This document shows positions 38,243-46,665 of a stretch of DNA of 64,000 nucleotides, one piece after another. A program made the translations under genes and the position numbers. The number at the start of each line of letters is the position of its first letter. The stretch's first letter is position 1. The stretch is from Candidatus Limnocylindrales bacterium. Lineage in GTDB: Bacteria > Chloroflexota > Limnocylindria > Limnocylindrales > CSP1-4. Under the pieces are notes generated by a model, which was not told the DNA's origin, ran no database searches, and worked only from the letters and a program-made list of their open reading frames with translations. The stretch lies in the NCBI GenBank assembly GCA_035699625.1, contig DASSPM010000058.1:3078-67077 (forward strand). The letters are read 5' to 3'.

Positions 38243-39307
38243 TTGCCGCCCATGCCGCCGCTGCTATCGCGCCGCACGCCGCTGACCGAGCTGCACTGCC
38301 ACCTCGGCGGTGCCGTGGCGCCGGCCATCATGTGGGGCATCGCCCACTCCCAGGGCATCCGGCTGCCGACCAAGGACTACTGGGAGTTCCGGGACATGAT
38401 CACCGTCGGCGCGCGGCGCGGCCGCTCGTTCGACGCCTACCTGCAGCTCTTCCACTGGACCGAGCTGATCCAGTCCTCGCCGCTGGCCGTGGAGCGCTCG
38501 GTCTACGAGGTGGTGGGCGGCGCCTACCGCAAGAACAACGTGACCACCATCGAGCTGCGCTTCAATCCCATGAAGCGCAACCGGGGCGGCGAGCAGGACC
38601 TCGACCACATCATCAGCGCCGCCATCCGCGGCATGGACCGGGCCAAGCTCGAGTACCCGGTGCTGCCGGGGATCATCCTCTGCCTCGACCGCGCCTTCCC
38701 GTTCGCGCTCAATGAGATTATCGCCGAGAAGGCCGTTGCCTACCGCAGCCGCGGCGTCGTCGGCATCGACATCGCCGGGCCCGAGTCGGACTCGTTCCGG
38801 CCGCGTGACTACCGCCGGCTCTTCGCCCGCTGCCGCCGCGCCGGCCTGGGCATCACCGTGCACACCGGCGAGGCGGGTCCGGTCGAGGAGATCGCCGAAG
38901 TGGTCGAGCAGCTCGAACCATCGCGCATCGGGCACGGCGTGAAGGCCGCCTATGACCCGCGCACGCTGGCCATGATCCGCGAGCGGAAGATCACCCTCGA
39001 GGTCTGCCCCACCAGCAACCTCAACACGCGCGTGGTCAGCGGCTGGGACGAGTTCCGCTGGATCTTCGACACCTTCCGCCGCAACCGCATCCGCTTCACC
39101 GTCAACACCGACGGCCCGGAGATGCTCAAGACGTACATCCGCGACGAGCTGGCCACGCTGGGGCGCCTGGGCATCCTCTCGCTCGAGGAGCAGGCCCAGG
39201 CCGCCGAGTGGGCGCGGCAGGCCTCCTTCGTGGAGGGCGTGCCCGAGATGCCACTGCCGGCCCGGGCACCGGCGGCGCGCAAGGAGGTCGAGCGGGAGGA
39301 GGCCTGA
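38243..39307 (+). CDS. Adenosine/adenine deaminase family metal-dependent hydrolase
   Basis: ELHCHLGGAV (HxH metal ligands), VHTGE, TVNTDGPEM: adenosine deaminase superfamily blocks. Confidence 0.65.
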   Translation: MPPMPPLLSRRTPLTELHCHLGGAVAPAIMWGIAHSQGIRLPTKDYWEFRDMITVGARRGRSFDAYLQLFHWTELIQSSPLAVERSVYEVVGGAYRKNNVTTIELRFNPMKRNRGGEQDLDHIISAAIRGMDRAKLEYPVLPGIILCLDRAFPFALNEIIAEKAVAYRSRGVVGIDIAGPESDSFRPRDYRRLFARCRRAGLGITVHTGEAGPVEEIAEVVEQLEPSRIGHGVKAAYDPRTLAMIRERKITLEVCPTSNLNTRVVSGWDEFRWIFDTFRRNRIRFTVNTDGPEMLKTYIRDELATLGRLGILSLEEQAQAAEWARQASFVEGVPEMPLPARAPAARKEVEREEA

Positions 39308-39313
39308 CGGGTC

Positions 39314-40033
39314 TCAGGCCGGCGACGGGTCGGGCGCCGCTCCGATGCGGTAGGTGCAGCTGCGCTCGCCGGCCGCGATGTGCGTCTCACGCGTCACGGG
39401 TGCGCCGAGGACCTCCTCGAAGAGCTGGATCTCCGCGCGGCAGGCGGCCGGCGTCGCGACCGCCACGTCGTAGATGGCGCAGTTGTGCTCGCGCAAGCGC
39501 AGCATGCCGTCGCCGTCGCGCGCCAGCGGCTCGGGCAGGGTGCTGTCAGGGCCTCCCAGCATCGCCTCGCAGAGGTAGCCCTGTTCGTCCTGGAAGCGGG
39601 CCAGCTCGGCCACGCGATCGGCCAGTGGCGCCGCCCCGAGACCGCGCTCCTCGAAGCGCCGCCGGATGACGGTCGCCAGGCGCTCGCGCCGCTCGGCGAA
39701 GACACCCTCGAGCAGCGCGCCGCCGCCCTGCTGCGCCAGGACGGTGACGAGGTCGGCCGCCAGCGGCGCGTAGTTCTGGGGGAAGAGGCGCTGCGCGGCC
39801 GCGGTCAGGTCGTAGACGTGGCGCGGCCGGCCCACACCGTGTCGATGCGTCTGGCGCACCACAGCGCCGTCGGCCGTCAGGCTGCGCAGCTGCTGCAGTG
39901 CCGCAGTGCGGCTGATGCCGACGCGGGCGGCCAGCCGGTCGGCGCTGAGCGCGCCCTCGCGGCGCAGCGCGAAGAGGATCGCCAGCCGGGTCGACATGGC
40001 AGCGGTCCCCTCGGACGTCTGGGCGGCGTCCAT
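39314..40033 (-). CDS. Winged-helix transcriptional regulator (ArsR/SufR-like N-terminal HTH plus Cys-containing C-terminal domain)
   Basis: N-terminal HTH LAILFALRREGALSADRLAARVGISRTAALQQLRSL. Alternative start at 39997. Confidence 0.5.
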   Translation of the reverse strand: MDAAQTSEGTAAMSTRLAILFALRREGALSADRLAARVGISRTAALQQLRSLTADGAVVRQTHRHGVGRPRHVYDLTAAAQRLFPQNYAPLAADLVTVLAQQGGGALLEGVFAERRERLATVIRRRFEERGLGAAPLADRVAELARFQDEQGYLCEAMLGGPDSTLPEPLARDGDGMLRLREHNCAIYDVAVATPAACRAEIQLFEEVLGAPVTRETHIAAGERSCTYRIGAAPDPSPA

Positions 40034-40156
40034 GACCCGGCAGGGTAGCACCGGGGCCGGACGCCCGCCGGGCCGACCAGTGCACGCCAGGACCGGGGCG
40101 TCGACGGGCTCCGTTGGCGGCTCGGAGACGGTCGGGATGCTACGCTGGCCGCGCCC

Positions 40157-41323
40157 GTGGAATTCGACCTCTCCCCCGAACACGAGCTCCTCCGTCAGAC
40201 CATCCGCGACTTCGCCGCGCGCGAGATCGAGCCGGTCGTCGACGAGCACGAGCACGAGCGCCGTTTCCCCTCAGACATCGTGGCCATGCTCGGCCCGATG
40301 GGCCTGCTGGGGGTCCCCTACCCGGAGGACGAGGGTGGCGCCGGCCTCGATACGCTCGCCTACGCCATCGCCGTCGAGGAGATCGCGCGCGTCTGGGGCT
40401 CGCTGGCGCTCATCGTGGCCGCACACACGAGCCTCGGCTGCGGCCCGCTGCACCAGGCCGGCAGCGACGAACAGAAGCAGCGCTACCTGGTGCCCATGGC
40501 CCAGGGCCGCGTGCTCGGTGCCTTCGGCCTGACCGAGCCCGAAGCCGGCTCCGACTCGGGCGGGACGCGCACCACGGCACGCTTCGAGGAAGGCCCGCAC
40601 GGCGGCAGCTGGGTGCTCAACGGGCGCAAGCGCTTCATCACCAACGCCGGCCACGCCGGCACCTATATCGTCACCGCCCGCAGCGGCGCGCGCGAGGGCG
40701 GCGCGCCCGAGATCAGCGCCTTCATCGTCGAGGCCGACACGCCCGGCTTCTCCGTCGGCCGCCTCGAGGAGAAGATGGGCCTGCACGCCAGCGCCACCGG
40801 CGAGCTCCTCTTCGAGGAGTGCCGCGTGCCTGCGGCGCAGATGCTCGGTCAGCGGGGCGACGGCTGGAAGATCTTCCTCAGGATCCTCGACGGCGGCCGC
40901 ATCTCCATCGGGGCCATGGCCGTCGGGCTGGCCCAGGCCGCGCTCGATGCCTCCGTGCCGTACGCTCGCGAACGCAAGCAGTTCGGCCGGCCCATCGGCT
41001 CCTTCCAGGGCGTGGCCTTCATGGTCGCCGACATGGCCACCGAGATCGAGGCCGCCCGGCTCATGGTCTGGCGCGCCGCCTGGCTCAAGGACCAGGGACG
41101 CGACTACGCCCTCGCCGCCGCCGAGGCCAAGCTCTTCGCCTCCGAGGTGAGCCAGCGCGCGACCAACGCCGGCATCCAGGTCCACGGTGGCTACGGCTAC
41201 GTCGAGGAGTACAAGGTGGAGCGCTTCCTGCGCGACGCCAAGCTGACCGAGATCGGCGAGGGCACCAGCCAGATCCAGCGCCTGGTCATCGCCCGGCGCA
41301 TCCTCGGGCTGGACGTGGTGTGA
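40157..41323 (+). CDS. Acyl-CoA dehydrogenase
   Basis: ACAD N-terminal, middle (FGLTEPEAGSD) and C-terminal (catalytic Glu in YVEEYKVERFLRDAKLTEIGEGTS) blocks. Confidence 0.92.
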   Translation: MEFDLSPEHELLRQTIRDFAAREIEPVVDEHEHERRFPSDIVAMLGPMGLLGVPYPEDEGGAGLDTLAYAIAVEEIARVWGSLALIVAAHTSLGCGPLHQAGSDEQKQRYLVPMAQGRVLGAFGLTEPEAGSDSGGTRTTARFEEGPHGGSWVLNGRKRFITNAGHAGTYIVTARSGAREGGAPEISAFIVEADTPGFSVGRLEEKMGLHASATGELLFEECRVPAAQMLGQRGDGWKIFLRILDGGRISIGAMAVGLAQAALDASVPYARERKQFGRPIGSFQGVAFMVADMATEIEAARLMVWRAAWLKDQGRDYALAAAEAKLFASEVSQRATNAGIQVHGGYGYVEEYKVERFLRDAKLTEIGEGTSQIQRLVIARRILGLDVV

Positions 41324-41877
41324 CGCTCCTCGGCCGCTTCCTGCGCGGAGAGGCCGGCGGCAGTACCTCGCCGCCCGGCGCGACCGAACGTGAGACCGAG
41401 ACCATCCGGCGCATCGTCGGCAGCCTCGAAGCGATGCCGCCCGAGCGGGCCGCCTACGTGGCCGGCTTCGCCTATGTGCTGGCGCGCGTGGCCTACGCCG
41501 ACCTCCACATCAGCGAGCAGGAGACGGCCGAGATGGAGCGCATCGTGGCCGACTTCGGCGGCCTGCCCGAGCCGCTGGCCGTGCTGGTGGTCGAGATCGC
41601 CAAGACCCAGGCGCGTCTCGAGGGTGCCACCGAGGATTACCTGGTCACGCGTCGCTTCCGCGAGGTCTCATCGGCCGAGCAGCGCGAGCGCGTGCTGCAC
41701 TGTCTTTATGCCGTCGCCTCGGCTGCCGGGGATACCGTCAGCGCCGAGGAGACCGCGGAGATCCGGCAGATCGCGTCGGAGCTGGGCTTCACGCTGCCCG
41801 AGCTGAACGTGATCCGCCGCCACTACGCCGACCGGTTGGCCGCCCTGCAGCGGCGCCCGGCCGGCGACACAGCCTGA
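41320..41877 (+). CDS. TerB-like (tellurite-resistance TerB fold) domain protein
   Basis: GTG start overlaps the ACAD stop (GTGA). Two helical repeats, each with an acidic anchor (ADLHISEQETAEMERIV / AAGDTVSAEETAEIRQIA). Confidence 0.4.
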   Translation: MTLLGRFLRGEAGGSTSPPGATERETETIRRIVGSLEAMPPERAAYVAGFAYVLARVAYADLHISEQETAEMERIVADFGGLPEPLAVLVVEIAKTQARLEGATEDYLVTRRFREVSSAEQRERVLHCLYAVASAAGDTVSAEETAEIRQIASELGFTLPELNVIRRHYADRLAALQRRPAGDTA

Positions 41878-41920
41878 GCCGGCCCACTCGGGCCCGGCCA
41901 CCAGCACGGGAGGTCAGACG

Positions 41921-42124
41921 ATGACGGTCGCCAGGGTCACCGAGATCAGCGCCACGTCCCCCGAGAGCTTCGAGGCGGCGGTCGCCGAAGGCGTCCGACG
42001 TGCCACCAAGACGCTGCGCAACGTGAAGAGCGCCTGGGTCAAGGAGATGCGCGTCGACGTCGACGGCGATCGCATCAGCCAGTACCAGGTGAATCTGCTC
42101 ATCACCTTCGTGCTGGACGATTGA
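41921..42124 (+). CDS. Dodecin (small flavin-binding/storage protein)
   Basis: 67 aa, VARVTEISATSPESFEAAVAEGVRRA...DGDRISQYQVNLLITFVLDD: dodecin family signature. GGGAGG ribosome-binding site. Confidence 0.8.
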   Translation: MTVARVTEISATSPESFEAAVAEGVRRATKTLRNVKSAWVKEMRVDVDGDRISQYQVNLLITFVLDD

Positions 42125-42146
42125 CCTTCGCTCGTGCTGGACGGAT

Positions 42147-42164
42147 GACGCTCGCCGGAGCGTC
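42147..42164. terminator. GC-rich hairpin (7-bp stem gacgctc/gagcgtc, 4-nt loop) between convergent genes; candidate bidirectional terminator
   Basis: Perfect inverted repeat 23 nt after the dodecin stop and 6 nt before the stop of the convergent gene. No U-tract. Confidence 0.4.
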
Positions 42165-42169
42165 GCCGG

Positions 42170-42655
42170 TCAGCGCTTGGTGAAGCCGCCGGGCTGGTAG
42201 GGCTCAGCCTCGTCCTGGCCGCCGGCCGGCGCCGCCTGCTGGGCAGCGGGCGCAGCGCCCTGGATGCCGGCATCGGGGGCTGCTGCCCGCGGCGCATTGG
42301 CGCCCATGGCACCGGCGACGGCGATGGTGCCGGCCAGCACGCCGGCCGCGAGGAGTCGCGTCCGGAAGCGCTGGGCGTCCTCGGCGCTGCCGAAGCGCAG
42401 GCTGAGTGCGTGGCCCTCCGTGTCGTCGTCGTCGCCGAGGATGATGCGCACGGTGGCGCGGTCCGGCTCACGGTAGCGGAGCAGGTGGCCCTCCGTGTCG
42501 GCCTCTTCGGCCGCTGCGATGCGCACGCGCACGATCTCGCCCAGCTGCTCGCGCAGCAGGCGCTCCTCCTCGCTGTCGAGGAACTCGATCTGCGCCCTCT
42601 GGCCCTCGTCGAGGATGATCTCGAGGCGCCGTGCCTCCTGAGTCATGCCGGTCAT
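42170..42655 (-). CDS. Hypothetical protein: about 100-aa acidic N-terminal domain plus Ala/Gly/Gln-rich C-terminal tail
   Basis: ATG 42655 with an AGGAGGG ribosome-binding site. The ORF continues upstream only as low-complexity sequence. Confidence 0.45.
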   Translation of the reverse strand: MTGMTQEARRLEIILDEGQRAQIEFLDSEEERLLREQLGEIVRVRIAAAEEADTEGHLLRYREPDRATVRIILGDDDDTEGHALSLRFGSAEDAQRFRTRLLAAGVLAGTIAVAGAMGANAPRAAAPDAGIQGAAPAAQQAAPAGGQDEAEPYQPGGFTKR

Positions 42656-42722
42656 GGGTGTCCCTCCTGCTCGATGCTCGAGGCCACGATACGCCCCACG
42701 CGACGCCGCTTCAGCAGCGGTC

Positions 42723-42752
42723 CCGACAGGCAGGCTGTCGGACAGCCGACAG
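42723..42752 (-). terminator. Two overlapping alternative hairpins (ccgacag-gcagg-ctgtcgg / ctgtcgg-acag-ccgacag) downstream of the acyl-CoA synthetase stop
   Basis: Inverted repeats read directly. Positioned 20-50 nt 3' of the minus-strand stop at 42772. Confidence 0.35.
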
Positions 42753-42771
42753 TGGCGGCGCCGGTGGGTCT

Positions 42772-44775
42772 TCAGCCGGCGGCACGGGCGCCCCCCATGA
42801 GGTCCCGGATGGCCTCGACGGCGTGCGGATCCTCGAGCGCGGAGATGTCGCCCGGATCGAGCCCGAGATAGGCCGCGCGGGCGACGCGGCGCATCACCTT
42901 GCCAGAGCGCGTCTTGGGCAGCGCCGGCACGATCTCCACCGCCTCGGGCCGCAGCGCCTTGCCCAGGTCTTCCACGACCCGCCCGGCGATGGCCGCGCGC
43001 AGCGCGGGCTCGTCGCTGGCGCCCGGCCGCAGCACGCAGAAGACGACGATGGCCTCTCCCTTGATCTCGTGCGGCACGCCGATGGCGGCGGCCTCCAGCA
43101 CGGCCGGGTGGGCCACGGCGGCGCTCTCGACCTCGGCCGGCCCGACACGCTTGCCGGCCACCTTGAGCGTGTCGTCCGAGCGGCCCTGGATGTACCAGTA
43201 GCCGTCCTCGTCGACGAGCGCCCAGTCGCCGTGCAGCCAGGTCCCGGGGACGCGGCTCCAGTAGGTCTCGAGGTAGCGCTCCGGGTCGTCCCAGAAGCCC
43301 CGCGTCATGCCCGGCAGGGGCTGGCGGATGGCCAGCTCGCCGACCTGGCCACGCACGCTGGCCCCATCGGGCCCGAGCACATCCGCGGCGGTGCCCACGG
43401 CCGGGCCGCCGAAGGAGCAGGGCTTGATGGGCGTGAGCGGATTGCAGACGACGATACCGCCCGAGACCTCCGTGCCGCCCGAGTAATTGACGATGGGCAG
43501 CCGGCCGCCGCCGACCTCGCGGAAGAACCACCACCAGGGCTCCGGGTTCCAGGGCTCTCCGGTCGAACCGAGGACGCGCAGCGAAGAGAGGTCGTGTGAG
43601 CGCACGGGTTCCGAGCCGTGGGCCATCAGCGATCGGATCACCGTAGGTGAGATGCCCAGGTGGGTCACCCGGTGGCGTGCCACGATCGACCAGAGCCGGT
43701 CCGGCGAGGGGAAGTCGGGCACGCCCTCGTAGAGGACCAGGCTGGCGCCGAGGAGGAGCGAGCCCGAGATGGCCCACGGCCCCATCATCCAGCCCAGGTC
43801 GGTGAACCAGAAAAGGCGCTCGCCGGGGCGCAGGTCGAAGCCGTGGGCGAGATCCTGGGCGCCCTTGACCGGGAAGCCGCCGTGGACGTGTAGGGCTCCC
43901 TTCGGCCGGCCGGTCGTGCCCGAGGTGTAGATGATCATGTAGGGCGTTTCGGGATCGGTCTCGGGGGTCTCGGGCAGCGGCTCGACGCCGGGAGCGCTCA
44001 GCGCTTCGTCCCACCACCGGTCGCGCGCGCCGTCCCAGGGCGTCTCGACCGCGTCGCCCAGGCGACGCACCACCAGCACCCGGCGCACCGAGGGCGCCTC
44101 GGCCAGGGCGGCATCGGCTGATGCCTTGAGAGGCACCACGCCGCCGCGGCGCAGGAAGCCGTCGGCGGTGATGAGCAGCGACGCGCCGCAGTCGCGCAGC
44201 CGGCTGGCCACGGCCGGCCCTGCATAGCCGGAGAAGATGGGCGTGTAGATGGCCTGCAGCTTGCCCAGCGCGAGGACCGCCACCACCGTCTCGGGCAGCA
44301 TCGGCAGGTAGATGCCGACGCGATCGCCTGCGCGCACGCCCTCCGCGGCGAGCATGCCCGCAGCCCGGTCGACGGCCCCCCTGAGCTGCGCGTTGGAGAG
44401 GCCGCGCGTGGCGCCGTCCTCGCCTTCCCAGACGAGCGCGCTGCCGTCAGGGTCACGCTCGGCACGCCCGTCGACGCAGGCGCCGGCGTAGTTGAAGGCG
44501 CCGCCGCTCCACCAGCGCGTCCACTCGACACCCCGCGATGCATCCAGGGTGCGTTGCGGCCGCCGCTGCCAGGGGAGGGCCAGGTCGTCGGCCGCGGCAC
44601 CCCAGAACCAGGCCGGATCGGCCTCCGCCCGGCGCTGGAGTGCCTCGAGGTCGGCCTCGCCGGTGGCGCGCAGGAAGCCCGCCAGCCGGCTCTCGCGGCG
44701 CAGCTCGGGCGTCGGGCGCCAGGCGGCATCGGGCACGTCGCGCCCGAAGACGGGCCACTCGCGTCGGTCGAGCAT
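42772..44775 (-). CDS. AMP-forming acetyl-CoA / acetoacetyl-CoA synthetase family ligase
   Basis: AMP-binding motif YTSGTTGRPKG. Acs-type N-terminal region (FNYAGACVD). YSGGTEVSG, and C-terminal Lys (SGKVMRR). The 1147-aa ORF in the track is an upstream read-through artefact. Confidence 0.85.
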   Translation of the reverse strand: MLDRREWPVFGRDVPDAAWRPTPELRRESRLAGFLRATGEADLEALQRRAEADPAWFWGAAADDLALPWQRRPQRTLDASRGVEWTRWWSGGAFNYAGACVDGRAERDPDGSALVWEGEDGATRGLSNAQLRGAVDRAAGMLAAEGVRAGDRVGIYLPMLPETVVAVLALGKLQAIYTPIFSGYAGPAVASRLRDCGASLLITADGFLRRGGVVPLKASADAALAEAPSVRRVLVVRRLGDAVETPWDGARDRWWDEALSAPGVEPLPETPETDPETPYMIIYTSGTTGRPKGALHVHGGFPVKGAQDLAHGFDLRPGERLFWFTDLGWMMGPWAISGSLLLGASLVLYEGVPDFPSPDRLWSIVARHRVTHLGISPTVIRSLMAHGSEPVRSHDLSSLRVLGSTGEPWNPEPWWWFFREVGGGRLPIVNYSGGTEVSGGIVVCNPLTPIKPCSFGGPAVGTAADVLGPDGASVRGQVGELAIRQPLPGMTRGFWDDPERYLETYWSRVPGTWLHGDWALVDEDGYWYIQGRSDDTLKVAGKRVGPAEVESAAVAHPAVLEAAAIGVPHEIKGEAIVVFCVLRPGASDEPALRAAIAGRVVEDLGKALRPEAVEIVPALPKTRSGKVMRRVARAAYLGLDPGDISALEDPHAVEAIRDLMGGARAAG

Positions 44776-44867
44776 GTGGCCAATGCTAGCCGGGCGGCCG
44801 GGGGCGGGAGGAACGGAAAGGCCCCGGTGCAGCCGGGGCCTTTCACGCTGGACCGGGAAGGCGGGTG

Positions 44868-45659
44868 CTAGGGCCGGCTGATCTCGGTGAAGCGCACGAA
44901 GAGGCGGTACTCGCTGTTGGCGCCGACGCAGGTCTGCAGGGTGAGGGAGCTCACGCTCTGGGCGGCCCAGGCCCACGAGGCAGCCGTCGTCGGGCGAGCG
45001 GTCTTCCACCAGGCGAGGCGGTAGGTGCGTGTCCGACCGCTGGGGTCGGCGTAGGCCACGAGCATGCCCTTGCGCAGCGCGCCGCGATAGTAGGCGCTGG
45101 CCAGGGGCCTGAACTTGCCGTACGAGTGGGCCATCAGGTAGACGTTGTTGGCGCCCGCGCAGCCCCAGCGATAGACGAGGTTGTCCGGCGCGCGCGACCT
45201 TGAGCAGGGGAATGAGTAGACGCTCTGGTCGATGCGCAGGGCGGGGAACCAGAAGTGGTTGCGTCCGCGGTAGCTCGGGGCGGGAGCGGCGGCCGTGCGG
45301 CTCGCGGTGGCCGCGGCAGCCCGGGCGGCCTTCTGAGCAGCCGCGCGAGCGGCGGCGGCCTTCGCCTCTGCCAGCGCCTGGGCGGCGGCCTCGCGCCGGG
45401 CGGCGATCTCGGCCAGCGGGTCCACGACCGGCCGGCCGGGCAGGAGTCGGAGGTCGTCGGGCAGTCCAGGCCGGGCGGCCCTGGGGGTCGGCAGCTCGGG
45501 CATCTCGCGCAGGTCGTGGGCGCGTGCCGGCGTCGCCGAGAGGCTGGCGGCGGACAGGGCCACCGCCTTGGCCGGGAGCGAGCCGGTGACCAGGCTGAGC
45601 GCCAGCAGGGCGGCGACGAAGGGCGGTCGGGCGAGGCGTCGCCGGGTGGTTCGGTCCAT
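44868..45659 (-). CDS. Sortase family transpeptidase (class F/E-like)
   Basis: Signal/TM anchor, Ala-rich linker, catalytic His in YLMAHSYG, Cys in LTLQTCVGANSEYRLFVRF (TLxTC motif with downstream Arg). Confidence 0.6.
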   Translation of the reverse strand: MDRTTRRRLARPPFVAALLALSLVTGSLPAKAVALSAASLSATPARAHDLREMPELPTPRAARPGLPDDLRLLPGRPVVDPLAEIAARREAAAQALAEAKAAAARAAAQKAARAAAATASRTAAAPAPSYRGRNHFWFPALRIDQSVYSFPCSRSRAPDNLVYRWGCAGANNVYLMAHSYGKFRPLASAYYRGALRKGMLVAYADPSGRTRTYRLAWWKTARPTTAASWAWAAQSVSSLTLQTCVGANSEYRLFVRFTEISRP

Positions 45660-46029
45660 GCCCGGAGCGTCGGCCCCGCGCGCGTCCGATTCGCTGGCCC
45701 GGAGGTCCGGCAAAGGCGGCACCGATGGACTCCCCCGGGTGGGTCATCCGCAGGCGTAGGCGCACCACCGGGTACGGCCGTGGGGCGGTACCTCCGGCAG
45801 TGCCGTGTCGTGCGGTCGTGTGCGGTCGGGGTCCCTGCGATGCGTGCGCCGGAGCGGTACGGGACTCCCACGCGCAGGGGGCGTTCCGTCCGTCCGCGCA
45901 GTACGGATGGGCCACCGACACGACGGGACCCCGCCGGCATCCGGGGCGTGTGGTGGGTGGTGGTCCCTGCGGGAGGGGTGCGGTGCGGCGGTCCTGCCCG
46001 TCCAGGGCGACCCGCGACGAACCCTTCGG

Positions 46030-46092
46030 CCTCAGCCGCCGGGCGTCGCCCTCAGCCGCCGAGGCGTCGCCCTCAGCCGCCGGGTGTGGCCG
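46030..46092. repeat. Three tandem copies of a 21-nt unit (cctcagccgccgrgygtcgc) at the 3' end and C-terminus of the lipoprotein gene
   Basis: Direct repeats cctcagccgccgggcgtcgc / cctcagccgccgaggcgtcgc / cctcagccgccgggtgtggc. Confidence 0.8.
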
Positions 46093-46609
46093 TCGGCAGA
46101 GGTGTGGCCTGTGGTGTCGGCAGCGGCCGGCCGTCGCGGCCCCGCGGCACCCCGCCATCGCCCGCCACCGCGACGAGGCTCTCGCGGACGAACTGCAGGG
46201 CGGCCTCGGACCCACCCGGCACGAGCGCCCGGTAGGGGCTGACGGCGATGGCTTCGCCGGCCGCCAGGGCCCGGGCGCAGGCGGTGACCGCGTCGGCGGC
46301 CGCCTCGAAGGCGGACCGGTGACGGAAGACGAAGAGGTAGAGCTGGCGCGGCGTGGAATCGCCGGGCAGCAGCAGCGTCACGCGCAGGGCGTTGCCGGTC
46401 AGGCCGGGGTCGGGGCAGCCGGGGTCGCCGGCCACGGCGGACTGGATGGCGGCTCCGCGGCGCGCCAGTTCCTCGAGCACGCCCTCGCGATCGGCGGGCG
46501 TGGGTCCGGGGCGCTCGCCCTGGCAAGTAAGGAGCACGAGCGCAAGGCCAAGCAGGCGGATGACCCGCAGCGGACGGCGCAGCGGCCACGAACCTGTCGG
46601 TGGTGACAC
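46073..46609 (-). CDS. Putative secreted/lipoprotein of unknown function
   Basis: GTG start. RRPLRVIRLLGLALVLLTCQG signal with a Cys that could be lipidated. Pro/Thr-rich C-terminus overlaps a 21-nt tandem repeat. Confidence 0.4.
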   Translation of the reverse strand: MSPPTGSWPLRRPLRVIRLLGLALVLLTCQGERPGPTPADREGVLEELARRGAAIQSAVAGDPGCPDPGLTGNALRVTLLLPGDSTPRQLYLFVFRHRSAFEAAADAVTACARALAAGEAIAVSPYRALVPGGSEAALQFVRESLVAVAGDGGVPRGRDGRPLPTPQATPLPTATPGG

Positions 46610-46665
46610 GGGTGCAGCCTACAGGCCATGGCGCCCCGGGTCGGCCGTCCGCCGCGCGGTGGGCG

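Noticed and set aside
42772-46215. 1147-aa ORF extending the acyl-CoA synthetase N-terminally. Same treatment for 46666..50385 and 55613..58144.
   Set aside because: Upstream extensions are Arg/Pro/Gly-rich low-complexity read-through over neighbouring genes encoded in other frames (sortase, BatA-like protein, ABC ATPase). Real starts were taken at the first Met or GTG preceding conserved N-terminal motifs, often overlapping the upstream stop.
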